Position numbers and translations under genes: made by a program. The notes beneath the pieces are model-generated. The model saw only the letters and a list, made by a program, of their open reading frames with translations, had not been told where the DNA came from and searched no databases. DNA of 64,000 nt. Source: a virus (taxonomy: Duplodnaviria > Caudoviricetes). The stretch lies in the IMG/VR virus record IMGVR_UViG_3300027847_001698; one strand, given 5' to 3'. This document shows, one piece after another, positions 1 through 10,218 of the stretch; the stretch's first letter is position 1, and every line of letters starts with the position of its first letter.

Positions 1-148
1 CCCATACTCCACCATCTGGTTTAACTCCATCTTTTCTCCACCGATCATTACTAACATTTGAAGTTAAAACCTTTCTTTTTAGTTTATCTAACATTGATAA
101 ATTATCCTCTAATACTAATATACGATTTACTTCATTATACTTATTCAT
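1..148 (-). CDS. Hypothetical protein, N-terminal part only (runs off window start); possible head-internal protein
   Basis: Hand translation MNKYNEVNRILVLEDNLSMLDKLKRK..., open to position 1; overlaps the stop of the upstream small ORF. Confidence 0.5.
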   Translation of the reverse strand, partial: MNKYNEVNRILVLEDNLSMLDKLKRKVLTSNVSNDRWRKDGVKPDGGVW

Positions 149-281
149 TTTTTTTCCCTTTATTAAATAATTTTTTCACTGCATTAACGGTCGATAATTT
201 ATTAAAAAGTTCAATTATCTTGAATTCTTCTTTATCTTTTGATTCTAATAATATAGCTACTAACGTATATTTGTCATTCAT
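141..281 (-). CDS. Small hypothetical protein (46 aa), not in ORF track
   Basis: MNDKYTLVAILLESKDKEEF...GKKNE*; ATG overlaps the TGA of 278..937 (ATGA coupling). Confidence 0.5.
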   Translation of the reverse strand: MNDKYTLVAILLESKDKEEFKIIELFNKLSTVNAVKKLFNKGKKNE

Positions 282-937
282 TTTTGTTCCTTCAATAAAA
301 GATTTTTTACTGCGCTATATGTTGAGTCAAATAATATTTTCCTGGATACATCATACGGTATTTCTGTCTCGTATATCGACAGAACATTTAACCAATCTTT
401 TTTGATCATCTCAACTGGATCAAATGTTCCCCCCTCGTTCCCAGGATAAGGTTTCATATTTAAAATATTCTTGGTTGCAGTTACGTGAGTCTTTATTATT
501 TTTTTTGCATACTGTACATTAGATTTTTCCCATTTAGGTTCTAAATTTAATGAGAATGCTTCATCATCATAAATAATATATTTTTTTTGATTTTTAGATA
601 ACCACTTTAATAAAAAATCAAAACTTTTATAAAACTTTTCTGATTTATCTTCTATGTTTAATTTATTAGTAAGAAGTCTAAGTCTCTTTAAATTATCTAA
701 TCCTTTCTTATAATCTGAAATAAAAATATTTTGAGTGAATTCACTTCCATCAAAAGAATCTCGGCTTTTAACTTTTATAAATTTAAGAGGCTTAGACCCA
801 ACTAAAAATATAAAAGGAATAATCATATATACATTTTGAGAATATATACTAGAATATATAGAAAATTCACCTTTACCACTATCGTCATAATCCTTTGGAA
901 AATTATTAGATCCATGTATTGAACATCTTACACCCAT
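278..937 (-). CDS. Hypothetical protein (219 aa)
   Basis: ORF track; tightly packed in the minus-strand operon. Confidence 0.7.
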   Translation of the reverse strand: MGVRCSIHGSNNFPKDYDDSGKGEFSIYSSIYSQNVYMIIPFIFLVGSKPLKFIKVKSRDSFDGSEFTQNIFISDYKKGLDNLKRLRLLTNKLNIEDKSEKFYKSFDFLLKWLSKNQKKYIIYDDEAFSLNLEPKWEKSNVQYAKKIIKTHVTATKNILNMKPYPGNEGGTFDPVEMIKKDWLNVLSIYETEIPYDVSRKILFDSTYSAVKNLLLKEQK

Positions 938-943
938 AATAAA

Positions 944-1471
944 TTATCCCTTCGGAATGGCAACCATTCTTACATGCGCTAATAGTTTCTTTTTATCAAA
1001 GTTTCTACCAGGACATGCATTTTCCATTTCCTTGTCAGTAGTTACTTCACTATGCAACATAATCTTTGTGTACGGTACTCTAAATAATTGAGCTATGGGA
1101 GCCAAAACTCTATATGCCAATTGTTTATACAGCCTAGCATTAGGACTTTCATATACAAAATTACCCATAACTGCAATATGAATAGCGTTCTTATATGGAT
1201 CAATAATATCATCAAAATCACAATGTGCTGTAATTGGACGACCAACTACTGTTTCGTAGTCATCTCCAATTCGTTCTGCGATAAAATGAAAACTTAAATC
1301 ACTTTCACCATGCAAAACATAATCATTGACCCTAAGTCTATTAGACTGCATTTTAATTGAGTCTTTATAGAAATCGGATAGGTGAGAGAACTTACAAGAC
1401 ACATCATGGATAATAATGTACCTTACTTTTTTTAGTCGTTTAAATGACGCTGGTTTATATGGGATTCTCAC
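944..1471 (-). CDS. N-acetylmuramoyl-L-alanine amidase (Amidase_2-like), lysis or virion-associated
   Basis: Motifs YIIIHD, FHFI, AIHIAVMGNF, LHSEV and CPG, typical of T7-lysozyme-type Zn amidases. Confidence 0.8.
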   Translation of the reverse strand: MRIPYKPASFKRLKKVRYIIIHDVSCKFSHLSDFYKDSIKMQSNRLRVNDYVLHGESDLSFHFIAERIGDDYETVVGRPITAHCDFDDIIDPYKNAIHIAVMGNFVYESPNARLYKQLAYRVLAPIAQLFRVPYTKIMLHSEVTTDKEMENACPGRNFDKKKLLAHVRMVAIPKG

Positions 1472-1496
1472 TATCTAGCTTCTTTATATTTTTGTT

Positions 1497-2558
1497 CTAA
1501 TCTTCAATATCTGATATTATTAATGTGGTAGGCAATACAATAGGATTCGTAACTGGTAGTTCATCTTCTGGACCTTGAGTTGATCCGGGTATAATTCTTT
1601 CTCCGTTAGGTTCAGGTGGAGTTGCCACAATTCCAGAAACCAAAGAAGATATTGATGTGCTTGACTGTTGGGACACTTTAGAAGCATCTATATTTACTGT
1701 ACCACTTGCCTTAAAATGAATTGAATTACTAATGGATGTTTGAAATATTCCTCCATCCACTTTTATATTACAATCCCCTCCAATATTCTCACTCAACGAA
1801 TTACCAATATCAATATTCGCATCAATATTCGCTGTAATATTTATATTCTTATGAGCTAGTAATTCAATATTATCAGCAGCTTCAAAGAATATAGATTTTC
1901 CACTTTTAATTCTAATATTTTTAGTAAACGAAATATGTAATTCTTGATTCTCAATATCAAAGTTAATAAAGTTACCTTTATGATCTTTGATTAAAATTTG
2001 TTCTTCCCCATCTCTCTCATTCAACAAGATAATGGTTTGATTATCTTGAGTGTCATATACACTCTCGGGGTTACCAGATACATCATCCCCACTCAACTTT
2101 CTTTTTTTACCCGTTATTTCTACACGTTCATCATGAGGATCATCAGATACTATAATGGTCCGACCTTTGCTAGACTTGAATATGGTAGTCTTGTTGTAAT
2201 ATTCATCACCTTGTTGATTCTCAATAGGGACTTTAGACTGACCAAAATCTCCAGCAGCAAAATATCTAGGTTCTGTAGGATCATTATATTCAAAAAATAT
2301 ATAAACCCAACTCCCAACAGGAGGTATATAACATGTTCCTTGGTAATGGTGATTTGATCCGTTTTCCACTACGTTACGGCCACCTAATGGGTTATTAGCA
2401 GGTCTCGCCCATATACCTTTATCATCATCTATTTCGGGCATAGTATCAGGACACCAAATTTTAACTCGTCCTTGATACTCAGGATCTTTAGCGTCTATGA
2501 CCTTAGCTCTATAATTTCCTGTCCAAGAAAACCCACTATCTTCTCCTGGATTTGGCAT
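1497..2558 (-). CDS. Baseplate hub/spike protein, T4 gp5/VgrG-like (OB-fold plus beta-helix)
   Basis: YRAKVIDAKDPEYQGRVKIWCP, WARP, IPPVGSWVYIFFEYNDP followed by beta-helix-like repeats. Confidence 0.85.
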   Translation of the reverse strand: MPNPGEDSGFSWTGNYRAKVIDAKDPEYQGRVKIWCPDTMPEIDDDKGIWARPANNPLGGRNVVENGSNHHYQGTCYIPPVGSWVYIFFEYNDPTEPRYFAAGDFGQSKVPIENQQGDEYYNKTTIFKSSKGRTIIVSDDPHDERVEITGKKRKLSGDDVSGNPESVYDTQDNQTIILLNERDGEEQILIKDHKGNFINFDIENQELHISFTKNIRIKSGKSIFFEAADNIELLAHKNINITANIDANIDIGNSLSENIGGDCNIKVDGGIFQTSISNSIHFKASGTVNIDASKVSQQSSTSISSLVSGIVATPPEPNGERIIPGSTQGPEDELPVTNPIVLPTTLIISDIED

Positions 2559-2569
2559 ATATTATCTCC

Positions 2570-3064
2570 TTAGGTAATTACAAGACGTCCAACAATTTTA
2601 AACGTATTTATAAGATTCTTCTTTTGCCATAATTTAATTATATCATTTTTAGATCTTAGTTTAGACAATCTTTTGCTTTCCATCTTATATCGTCTATTTT
2701 TATTTTTAGATATACCAGCATAAAATACATCAGCTAAAGTTATATCATATACAGAATTATTATCTATATTTCTTCTACAATAAAAATTAAATGAAATACT
2801 ACCAGCCGATGATGACATGGAGCAGAACATCACTACATAATTTTTTACTTGCATATTATGTTTATCTTTAGGATAATCCACAGATATGGTTTTACCATGA
2901 GTTATATGACTAGGGTCTACAACTTTTAATTCATCATTAATAATATCAAGTGTTTTATTTGTAATTGGTCTAAACATATTAGCCAACGTATCAAATTCTC
3001 TAATTTGTATATGATGAGGCTTGTCTTTAAAAAACCCTTCGGTTAGTATGAATTTATTATTCAT
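2570..3064 (-). CDS. Hypothetical protein, possible head-internal protein
   Basis: ORF track; N-terminus MNNKFILTEG carries an L-x-E site. Confidence 0.6.
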   Translation of the reverse strand: MNNKFILTEGFFKDKPHHIQIREFDTLANMFRPITNKTLDIINDELKVVDPSHITHGKTISVDYPKDKHNMQVKNYVVMFCSMSSSAGSISFNFYCRRNIDNNSVYDITLADVFYAGISKNKNRRYKMESKRLSKLRSKNDIIKLWQKKNLINTFKIVGRLVIT

Positions 3065-3942
3065 TATGTAATGTCTTTTTTCATAGTATCTATTATTTTC
3101 GTAAACAATTGCGGATGATATTTTGCTATAGCTGGAGAAAATAAATCATTACCATTAATAGTAGATGCTCCCAATGTGGCCATAAATCTCATACCATCTT
3201 CAAACATAGAAAGACTTTGTACTCCAAATGTTCTAATTATCTTAGATGCAAACTCATATGTTGTCAATCCATGCAGTACACCACTATCAGATAAACATCT
3301 AAGAAAGTCTTTAGCATCTGAAAAATCAAAATCAGTTAAATCAATATCAAAATCCTTAATAGTAATTTGAGATAGATTACCTGCCTTTTTGAATGCTTTA
3401 CTTAGACTTGCATTAAAGAATGACTTCATTGTAAATGTAGTTACAAGAAATCTTAATTTATTAATTTCCCCTGCATAACTACCCATTAGTCCATATCTCT
3501 TTGCAAATAATTTAATATAAATACTAGACATGAAATCACAAATATCATTTTCAAATGCAGGCTTTATTGGTTTAACTGAATAATATGCACAGATGTAACC
3601 ATAAATTATAATAGAATATAAATCTTGTGGGGGAATATTAAAAACATTCTTTCTCCCCCATACAGACATGTTTATTAAAATCTTTTTTGTGTTAGTATTA
3701 AATGCTGCGGGTAGAATATATTTTTGAATATCCACGAACGTATAATTTTTAAGGTCGTTACCCATTTGTCTCTGTACTAGTTCGTATGCAAAATTACCTT
3801 TTGCTTTATTCGAAAATAATTCTACAGTATCAAGAATTGCCTTTCTGCCTTCTTCTTCTACTTCGAATGAACTTAGCTTAGACTTTGGATAGTCTAAAAT
3901 ATTCTTAGCATTGTTTAATAAAACTAATTTTTGCTTAGCCAT
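3064..3942 (-). CDS. Hypothetical protein (292 aa)
   Basis: ORF track; coupled to neighbours. Confidence 0.7.
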   Translation of the reverse strand: MAKQKLVLLNNAKNILDYPKSKLSSFEVEEEGRKAILDTVELFSNKAKGNFAYELVQRQMGNDLKNYTFVDIQKYILPAAFNTNTKKILINMSVWGRKNVFNIPPQDLYSIIIYGYICAYYSVKPIKPAFENDICDFMSSIYIKLFAKRYGLMGSYAGEINKLRFLVTTFTMKSFFNASLSKAFKKAGNLSQITIKDFDIDLTDFDFSDAKDFLRCLSDSGVLHGLTTYEFASKIIRTFGVQSLSMFEDGMRFMATLGASTINGNDLFSPAIAKYHPQLFTKIIDTMKKDIT

Positions 3943-4733
3943 TAATTAGCATCCTCATCTTTAGCATATCTAACCTCTAAAATATCATTAACTTCTAATG
4001 TCCCATCCATTCCATCACCCAATGCGTTATCTACTGCTTTCCATGATAATCGCTTTGCATCACCACTAATATCATCTATTAAAACATAATCTTTATTATA
4101 TACAGGAAGAGCTGATAACTTGACCTGTGTAGGAGAAGCTATTGCAATATCTACCGATTCAGGATGCGGGACATAAGCCAAATCAATAAACCCATTATCT
4201 ATGTTCGTATCGGTAAGATCAAATTTTTGTCTGATAAAAAATACACTTGTTGCCACTGTGGTTTCCTCTGCTGCAAAAATACTCAATTTAGGCTTAACTT
4301 TAGTTGAAAATAACTGAAGAGTTAACGTATTAGTATTAACTTCTGGAGATGCATCTAAATTAATCAAATTAACTGATATTTGATTATCTCTAGCTATATC
4401 CAAAATAGCCGAATGAGTAGGAACTAAAATTTCTGATTTTGTAAAATCTTCAATTGATGCCATGTCATTTATATATAGGAGCAATGTCCATAATCCAGTA
4501 ACGCTATATTCTTCATATGAAAAATAATCTGGTCGGTAATGAAACTTCTGTTCTACTTTCTTCTTAACTGAATTCTTTAGAAGATAATATCTGAATTTTT
4601 CATATGTAACTATTTCAGGTGAAACAAACTGGACAGTTACAGATCCTTCTTTTTTTAGGAATCTTCTTCTATGTTTATCGACATCAGTAATAAGATTCCT
4701 AAGCTTCTTTGCTTCAACATCTATTGTAGCCAC
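3942..4733 (-). CDS. Putative baseplate wedge protein (gp53/LysM-tail-X-like)
   Basis: YRPDYFSYEEY...LWTLLLYIN resembles the RPDxxAYxxY...LWWxIxxxN signature; lies near the gp5-like gene. Confidence 0.5.
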   Translation of the reverse strand: MATIDVEAKKLRNLITDVDKHRRRFLKKEGSVTVQFVSPEIVTYEKFRYYLLKNSVKKKVEQKFHYRPDYFSYEEYSVTGLWTLLLYINDMASIEDFTKSEILVPTHSAILDIARDNQISVNLINLDASPEVNTNTLTLQLFSTKVKPKLSIFAAEETTVATSVFFIRQKFDLTDTNIDNGFIDLAYVPHPESVDIAIASPTQVKLSALPVYNKDYVLIDDISGDAKRLSWKAVDNALGDGMDGTLEVNDILEVRYAKDEDAN

Positions 4734-4751
4734 TTATACGTCTCCTAGTTA

Positions 4752-5450
4752 CTAATATGGGAGAGTACCAACGACTTTCCCTGTTTCTGTAATCATTTTA
4801 ATTTCAGGCTTAGGTGGAAGAACTGATGTAGAATCTTTCTTCTTATCACTTGATCCCGGATACATATCTTTTCCCCATGTCATATTACATTCTTCAGTAG
4901 TAATAGTCGCTAACCCCATTATCCTTTCACGTTCGTCGTCATCAACAGGGTAAGTCTCTATTATATGCTTCCAATTCCCGCTTACGTGGTCAATAGGAAG
5001 GTTTAAGTATCCATTATGATACTTAGCATGTAAATCAGATAACAATGGCATACATCCTACTTTGTTTTGAAAATGTAATTCAATAACATCCTTACATATA
5101 TCAAATGTACAGAAAGATAATCCTTTATTTAATTTATCAGATATTACAGCTTTACAAATAGTAAAAAGGTTTATTGGATGGTGATGTATTTCAATGCTAC
5201 ATTCAGAAGATAACTCTTTAGTCAAAGAACATGCATTCTTCCCTAAGTTTTCAACTAAATATCTTATCCATTGTTTATACTCTAAACTACTTCTAATCAA
5301 TCGTTCAGTATTTTTTATAAACTTGATAAAATCACTTTCAGCATAAAAACATTTTATACGGAGAGACAAAGTGAAGGGACTATCATTTACTTGTATAGTA
5401 TTATCTTCTTCGTCGTTAGACTGTTGTATTAATTCTTTTTCTAGATTCAT
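4752..5450 (-). CDS. Hypothetical protein with HNH-like metal-binding pattern
   Basis: C...C-x-IEIHHHP...CMPLLSDLHAKYH. Confidence 0.4.
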   Translation of the reverse strand: MNLEKELIQQSNDEEDNTIQVNDSPFTLSLRIKCFYAESDFIKFIKNTERLIRSSLEYKQWIRYLVENLGKNACSLTKELSSECSIEIHHHPINLFTICKAVISDKLNKGLSFCTFDICKDVIELHFQNKVGCMPLLSDLHAKYHNGYLNLPIDHVSGNWKHIIETYPVDDDERERIMGLATITTEECNMTWGKDMYPGSSDKKKDSTSVLPPKPEIKMITETGKVVGTLPY

Positions 5451-6789
5451 TTACTGCATCCGTAAATCCATCGTGATACATAGATAGCCTGTTAATAGCT
5501 TCATTCTGTACATCCATGCTTTCTTTCATTTTCTTGAGATTAGTTCTCTTAAACTTACCAACTACTCGTTTAGTAAATCCTGATAAGGCTTCTAAATCTT
5601 TAAATAAATCTGAACCATTTAAACTATGGAACAGATGTGAATATGGAATCTTTGTACACATTCCACCTTCATAATAAGAGCAAAAGATCAATTTCTGTTC
5701 GGTATCATTCATTACCCCAAAACTATTCCATCCTACTTTAAATAATTTTGAAACCTTAGCTGGGTCTGAAAAGAAATCTTGTTCTTGATGGCGAATATCA
5801 TCTGCGCTCATTAAAACTATTGCCGCTGAATATTTTTGATAACTTGGTCCTTGTGTACTCGATCTAAATGTACCCGCATCAATGTATCCTTTCTTATTCA
5901 AGAGAATATCTTTGTACAATGAAATATCCTCACCATCTATAAAAATATTGGTAAATTTTCTAATCATTGTTCCAAAATAAGAATTAAGTTTTCCTGCAAA
6001 TGCCCTAAATACTCCTTTATAAATAGAAGAATATTTATTAGCATAGTAATCATCAACTAGTACATCATATATGCTTGAAAAATTATTTGCTATCATTGGA
6101 ACTACTTTAACACTTAATGGAATTGATCTTTCGTCAGGCTCACCACGGGTAGGAGCATCAAAATGTATCTTCTGTCTTACCTCTATCTTAGCGGTAATAG
6201 AAGTAGACGTAGGACGCAAATCTAACATCGTACTAGTATCTACTCTAATATTAGTTGCTCCTTTTGAATATGTTGCCTTAGGAGCTTTATCTTTTTCTTT
6301 AGCTGCTGCAGCTACATCTCGCTCTGAATTCTGTATTAGTTTTTGGATATGGCGAATATCATCTACTATTGCCTCTAGACTATCTTTTGCGGCGACATAA
6401 TCACCATATAACTTCGAGTCTTTATATCTGCGTTCGTTATCTGGGCCACCGCCAGAATGAGCTGTTGCCTTTCTTATAACTGCTAGAGCTTTATCTCTCT
6501 TTTTTGTGAGATCTGCTAAATCAGTTAGTTGTTGATTTAATTTCTCTTCTAATTCTTCTTTGTTATCTTCAAATAAAATTGCTTTATTTACATCAGTATC
6601 AGTAGACTCCAATCTGATCTCAGAAAATTTACCAGTTATTCTATTTTGTGTAATATAAAACTGGAGAGTTCCACTTGAGACCGCTTCAGTTATGTGGTGC
6701 AGATAGTATAACTCTATAGTCTTTATCATACCGGGAAGATATCTCTCCTCAATATTACCTGAAATAATGGCGGGGTATACAAATATCAT
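5416..6789 (-). CDS. Hypothetical protein (457 aa) with coiled coil; possible head protein
   Basis: ORF track; coiled-coil segment EELEEKLNQQL; several L/I-x-E sites. Confidence 0.65.
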   Translation of the reverse strand: MIFVYPAIISGNIEERYLPGMIKTIELYYLHHITEAVSSGTLQFYITQNRITGKFSEIRLESTDTDVNKAILFEDNKEELEEKLNQQLTDLADLTKKRDKALAVIRKATAHSGGGPDNERRYKDSKLYGDYVAAKDSLEAIVDDIRHIQKLIQNSERDVAAAAKEKDKAPKATYSKGATNIRVDTSTMLDLRPTSTSITAKIEVRQKIHFDAPTRGEPDERSIPLSVKVVPMIANNFSSIYDVLVDDYYANKYSSIYKGVFRAFAGKLNSYFGTMIRKFTNIFIDGEDISLYKDILLNKKGYIDAGTFRSSTQGPSYQKYSAAIVLMSADDIRHQEQDFFSDPAKVSKLFKVGWNSFGVMNDTEQKLIFCSYYEGGMCTKIPYSHLFHSLNGSDLFKDLEALSGFTKRVVGKFKRTNLKKMKESMDVQNEAINRLSMYHDGFTDAVNESRKRINTTV

Positions 6790-6804
6790 CTTTATAATCC
6801 TATT

Positions 6805-7065
6805 TTACCAAAGGGTAACAATATCTCTTTTTTTATTAACTTTTTTCTTTTTAAATTTTTGATTGATATTTTTCAATCTAGAAATTTTAGTTTGAGCCGT
6901 TGTCTCCTCAACAATAGCACTACTATCTTGAGGAGATTCAATAGCTTCTTCTACCTCAGGAGCTTGTGCAATTACAGTTACTGGTCGTTCAGTTAAATAA
7001 TGTTTAACAATAGATTTCTTTTCAGATTCTAATCTATCAGCAACCTCTTTATGAATTGCGGGCAT
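6805..7065 (-). CDS. Hypothetical protein
   Basis: ORF track 6805..7095; the ATG at 7065 (MPAIHK) reduces overlap with 7049..7972. Confidence 0.55.
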   Translation of the reverse strand: MPAIHKEVADRLESEKKSIVKHYLTERPVTVIAQAPEVEEAIESPQDSSAIVEETTAQTKISRLKNINQKFKKKKVNKKRDIVTLW

Positions 7066-7972
7066 TGCGGACATCTCGAGCATTTCGAGTACCAACTTGC
7101 GCTTTCGAAGGCTCTAATCCATGTCGTTTATATAAATCAGCAAGAGCACGTTCATATTGAGAAGCAGAAGTAATCTTTCCAGCTGAAACAGCTTGTTTTA
7201 AACGAAGAACTCCAATTTTTAAATCGCTATTTCTTCCTGTTCCTATTCTAGATACCTTTCTAGCAGCATTAGCCATAGTTGTTCTCAAACTATTAGAAAT
7301 ATTTAATGGATTTAAATGTCTAACAGCTTTTTTTATTCCATGTGTAGTGTCTGTTTTATCTCTGTTATACTTTCTACCAACGGCATGGACAATGAAACCT
7401 TCTTGGAGTGTTCCTGAGTCATCAACTTTTTCACATGTTAATGCTAAACGAACTATTGCATCTCTATTCATCTTATGTGCCTTTTCAAGAATCTGACACT
7501 CAAAACTACAAGTAGAATTTATAGATTCACTTTCAAGCAAAGGAATACCGATTAGACAATTATCTAATGATATCTGCATAAACTTCTCATGAATTATTTT
7601 TCCTTGAAATGAATCTAGGTCTGTAATGTTTCTAGATGTAGATTCTGAGATTATATAATTCTTTAAACTAGTTTTTACACTATTCTTTGATAACATATCA
7701 GATGCTAACATTTTACTTTTCTTCGCAGTATTAACTGCTGATTCTTGTAAAGTCTTAACTGTATTAGGAATAACTCTATTTTTTGGTTTATAACCAACAT
7801 GATTCCAATACTCAAACAAATTACTTAATAATCCAGCCTTTAATACACAATATTCCCGATATGCACTTCCTTCACGAATAATGTTTCTGGCATGGCCATT
7901 AAATAAAATTGAGTCAATAGAATACCAGTTTTCCAAGTTAGTTGAAACCCTTGTTTTAAATGTCTTATCCAT
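7049..7972 (-). CDS. Hypothetical protein, probable prohead core/internal protein
   Basis: Repeated LQES, IISES, LLESES and LQEG sites and a basic C-terminal third; AGAACAA motif upstream. Confidence 0.6.
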   Translation of the reverse strand: MDKTFKTRVSTNLENWYSIDSILFNGHARNIIREGSAYREYCVLKAGLLSNLFEYWNHVGYKPKNRVIPNTVKTLQESAVNTAKKSKMLASDMLSKNSVKTSLKNYIISESTSRNITDLDSFQGKIIHEKFMQISLDNCLIGIPLLESESINSTCSFECQILEKAHKMNRDAIVRLALTCEKVDDSGTLQEGFIVHAVGRKYNRDKTDTTHGIKKAVRHLNPLNISNSLRTTMANAARKVSRIGTGRNSDLKIGVLRLKQAVSAGKITSASQYERALADLYKRHGLEPSKAQVGTRNARDVRNARNS

Positions 7973-8036
7973 AGTATAAGTAATCCTTGTGTATTTTTCG
8001 ATAATAAAAAATCTTTTATTTTTGTTCTGTTAGTAT

Positions 8037-8474
8037 TCAATCAAGTAAATCCGATAAGAGGGATCTATCTGGAATATCTTCCTTGTTCCTATTAGCTCTG
8101 TGTTCCATTCCTGTTATTTCATTATCAGTAAACAATAAACAAAATTCAGAACTATTCTCAACTATGACAGCATAGTAAAAGTCTTTTGCTTTCCAATGCC
8201 TCTTATTTTTATTTGGTACTTGTTCTATTCGGCCTAGTTTTTTAGAACTTCCGAATATTTTAGAGAATAATCCTGTATCTCGTTCTATGCAATCTTCTTT
8301 ATTTTTTGATGTTCTAACCAATGCTCTATCATATTCTTCATGTGTGAGTAACCAACATCTTTCATTTGAGCCATTTGAGTCTTCAACCCAAATGGCATAA
8401 TAAGCATTTTTAGCATTAGTGAATACAGGTTTATCTCTATTTATTATCTCTGTAACTATTCCCATTTTCGACAT
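8037..8474 (-). CDS. Hypothetical protein built from two tandem homologous ~65-aa domains
   Basis: AKNAYYAIWVED...RTSKNKEDC versus AKDFYYAVIVEN...RANRNKEDI. Confidence 0.7.
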   Translation of the reverse strand: MSKMGIVTEIINRDKPVFTNAKNAYYAIWVEDSNGSNERCWLLTHEEYDRALVRTSKNKEDCIERDTGLFSKIFGSSKKLGRIEQVPNKNKRHWKAKDFYYAVIVENSSEFCLLFTDNEITGMEHRANRNKEDIPDRSLLSDLLD

Positions 8475-8485
8475 TTTTAATTCTC

Positions 8486-9781
8486 CTATTCAATTACGGC
8501 TTTATAACGATCTATAATTTCTGTTTGAATTGTCTCTTGTACTGCTGCGTCAAACTCTTTTGCAAACTCGGGATTTTCATTATATTTAACTAAACAATTT
8601 TTAGTCCCTTGCCATTTTACTTCTGGACATGTAATCAATTTACCCCATGCTCCAGGTTGTATTCTTTTATGATTTACTAATAAGTTATAATTAGTCCAAA
8701 AATTAGAAATGCCAGTATTGAAATCAACAACTAACTGGATAATTACATTTGGGGGAAATAACTTATTCTTTACACATTTAGCATCTATCATTACACCATC
8801 AAATCCCCATTGATCATATTTAAGATCAGATTTGACTTTCAATAGTAATAAATGAAATGCATTATATTCAATAGCCTTGCCTCCTGGCATAACTCTATTC
8901 TGGCCTAAGTATCTCAAAGGATTGGCTGTTTTAAATTGTCCTATATCAATTTTATCTCTTAATTGATTGATTGCTATAAGGCTAATATTACTCTTTCTCA
9001 TTTTAGAAATATATCTAGGTAAACAAGATGATAAAATTCTAGCCTTTAAACCCATTGTTTTTGCAGGGTCAGTTTCTTCACTCTCTCTTTCTTTATCCGT
9101 TGACGTATTTGCAATGGAATCCCATGCTACTATAGCTGGATAGTCTTCAATGCCTTTACTTATCTTGTATGCCATAGTACCTTGAATAGTCTTGAAAACC
9201 TTCTCAACCGATATATCAGTTGAAATTTTTAATCGTCTGGCACCCATTGATGCACCACGTTCCACTGTCATAGCTTCCTCTGAATCCAGGAACTTGTGTA
9301 GCAATTTACCATTAAACTTTTTCTGACTAGTGCCTATAATCTGAGCTAGGAGTGCAGACTTAAATGTTCCTGGTTCCCCAACAATAATTGAAAATGCACC
9401 ACATGCAAATCCTCCACCCAAAATAGCATCTAATACATCTACTCCTGTTGGGAAAGTTTCTATGATTCCTGAACTCTGACTTATATCTGCCTTTGTTTCT
9501 AAGAACTCAGAAAAGTCATCAAGTAATTCATCACTCTGAACTTGTTCTTCGTCAGATAGACCATTATCTTTCCAATTGTTGTCTGGCTTTAATACTTCTA
9601 CTTCTTGATCTTTCTTAGAATCTATTAATTTCTGTTCGTCTTCATTTAAATTGAGAGTCATGCTCTCTAATGATTTTTTTGCAGCAGCATTAAGTTCATG
9701 TTCTGCATTTTCATCAAATAGCTCTTCAACGCTATCAACAGTATCTACATCGTCAGGACCTATGGTTATCTCTTTAGGCAT
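8486..9781 (-). CDS. uvsX: RecA/UvsX-like recombinase with acidic N-terminal extension
   Basis: PTGVDVLDAILGGG, Walker A GEPGTFKS, FLDSE, WDSIA, INQLRD, PGGKAIEY. Confidence 0.93.
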   Translation of the reverse strand: MPKEITIGPDDVDTVDSVEELFDENAEHELNAAAKKSLESMTLNLNEDEQKLIDSKKDQEVEVLKPDNNWKDNGLSDEEQVQSDELLDDFSEFLETKADISQSSGIIETFPTGVDVLDAILGGGFACGAFSIIVGEPGTFKSALLAQIIGTSQKKFNGKLLHKFLDSEEAMTVERGASMGARRLKISTDISVEKVFKTIQGTMAYKISKGIEDYPAIVAWDSIANTSTDKERESEETDPAKTMGLKARILSSCLPRYISKMRKSNISLIAINQLRDKIDIGQFKTANPLRYLGQNRVMPGGKAIEYNAFHLLLLKVKSDLKYDQWGFDGVMIDAKCVKNKLFPPNVIIQLVVDFNTGISNFWTNYNLLVNHKRIQPGAWGKLITCPEVKWQGTKNCLVKYNENPEFAKEFDAAVQETIQTEIIDRYKAVIE

Positions 9782-9847
9782 TTATAACTTCCTCATCTAT
9801 TCTACAAGTGTTAAACTTATTGTTAATTTATTCTTAATCGCCATTTA

Positions 9848-10216
9848 TTAATCCTTAGTTGAAACTTTAAGACCTTCCGATTCTAGTCTCGCTACAATGT
9901 CTCTAACGCCCAATTCTTCATCACCACCCGCAGCACTTAGCTTTCTTCTCACTTCAATTTCTTGTAGAATAAGTTTATTAATTTCTTGATTCATTGTTAA
10001 AATAGTAGAGAAGAAAGATGTAGTCGTTTTAACTTTTTCTTCCATTATGAACTTATGTTTATAATCCATATCCTTAGGAAAAATAGCAGAGACCCCATCT
10101 TTCAAATCATATAGATCTTGTAGATCAGTTTCTATTCTTGCTTTCTTCTCAGTTAGATCAGCTAACAGTTCATAAATTTTAGGATCAATTTTATCTACTG
10201 CAAAATCATCTGCCAT
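9848..10216 (-). CDS. Hypothetical coiled-coil protein
   Basis: ORF track; 3 nt from the actin-like gene. Confidence 0.7.
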   Translation of the reverse strand: MADDFAVDKIDPKIYELLADLTEKKARIETDLQDLYDLKDGVSAIFPKDMDYKHKFIMEEKVKTTTSFFSTILTMNQEINKLILQEIEVRRKLSAAGGDEELGVRDIVARLESEGLKVSTKD

Positions 10217-10218
10217 TA

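Noticed and set aside
58-405. Plus-strand ORF and similar antisense ORFs (1998..2357, 6071..6400, 10574..10879, 55742..56086, 57823..58194, 60840..61088, 63670..63966)
   Set aside because: Antisense to well-supported genes, lacking RBS or family motifs
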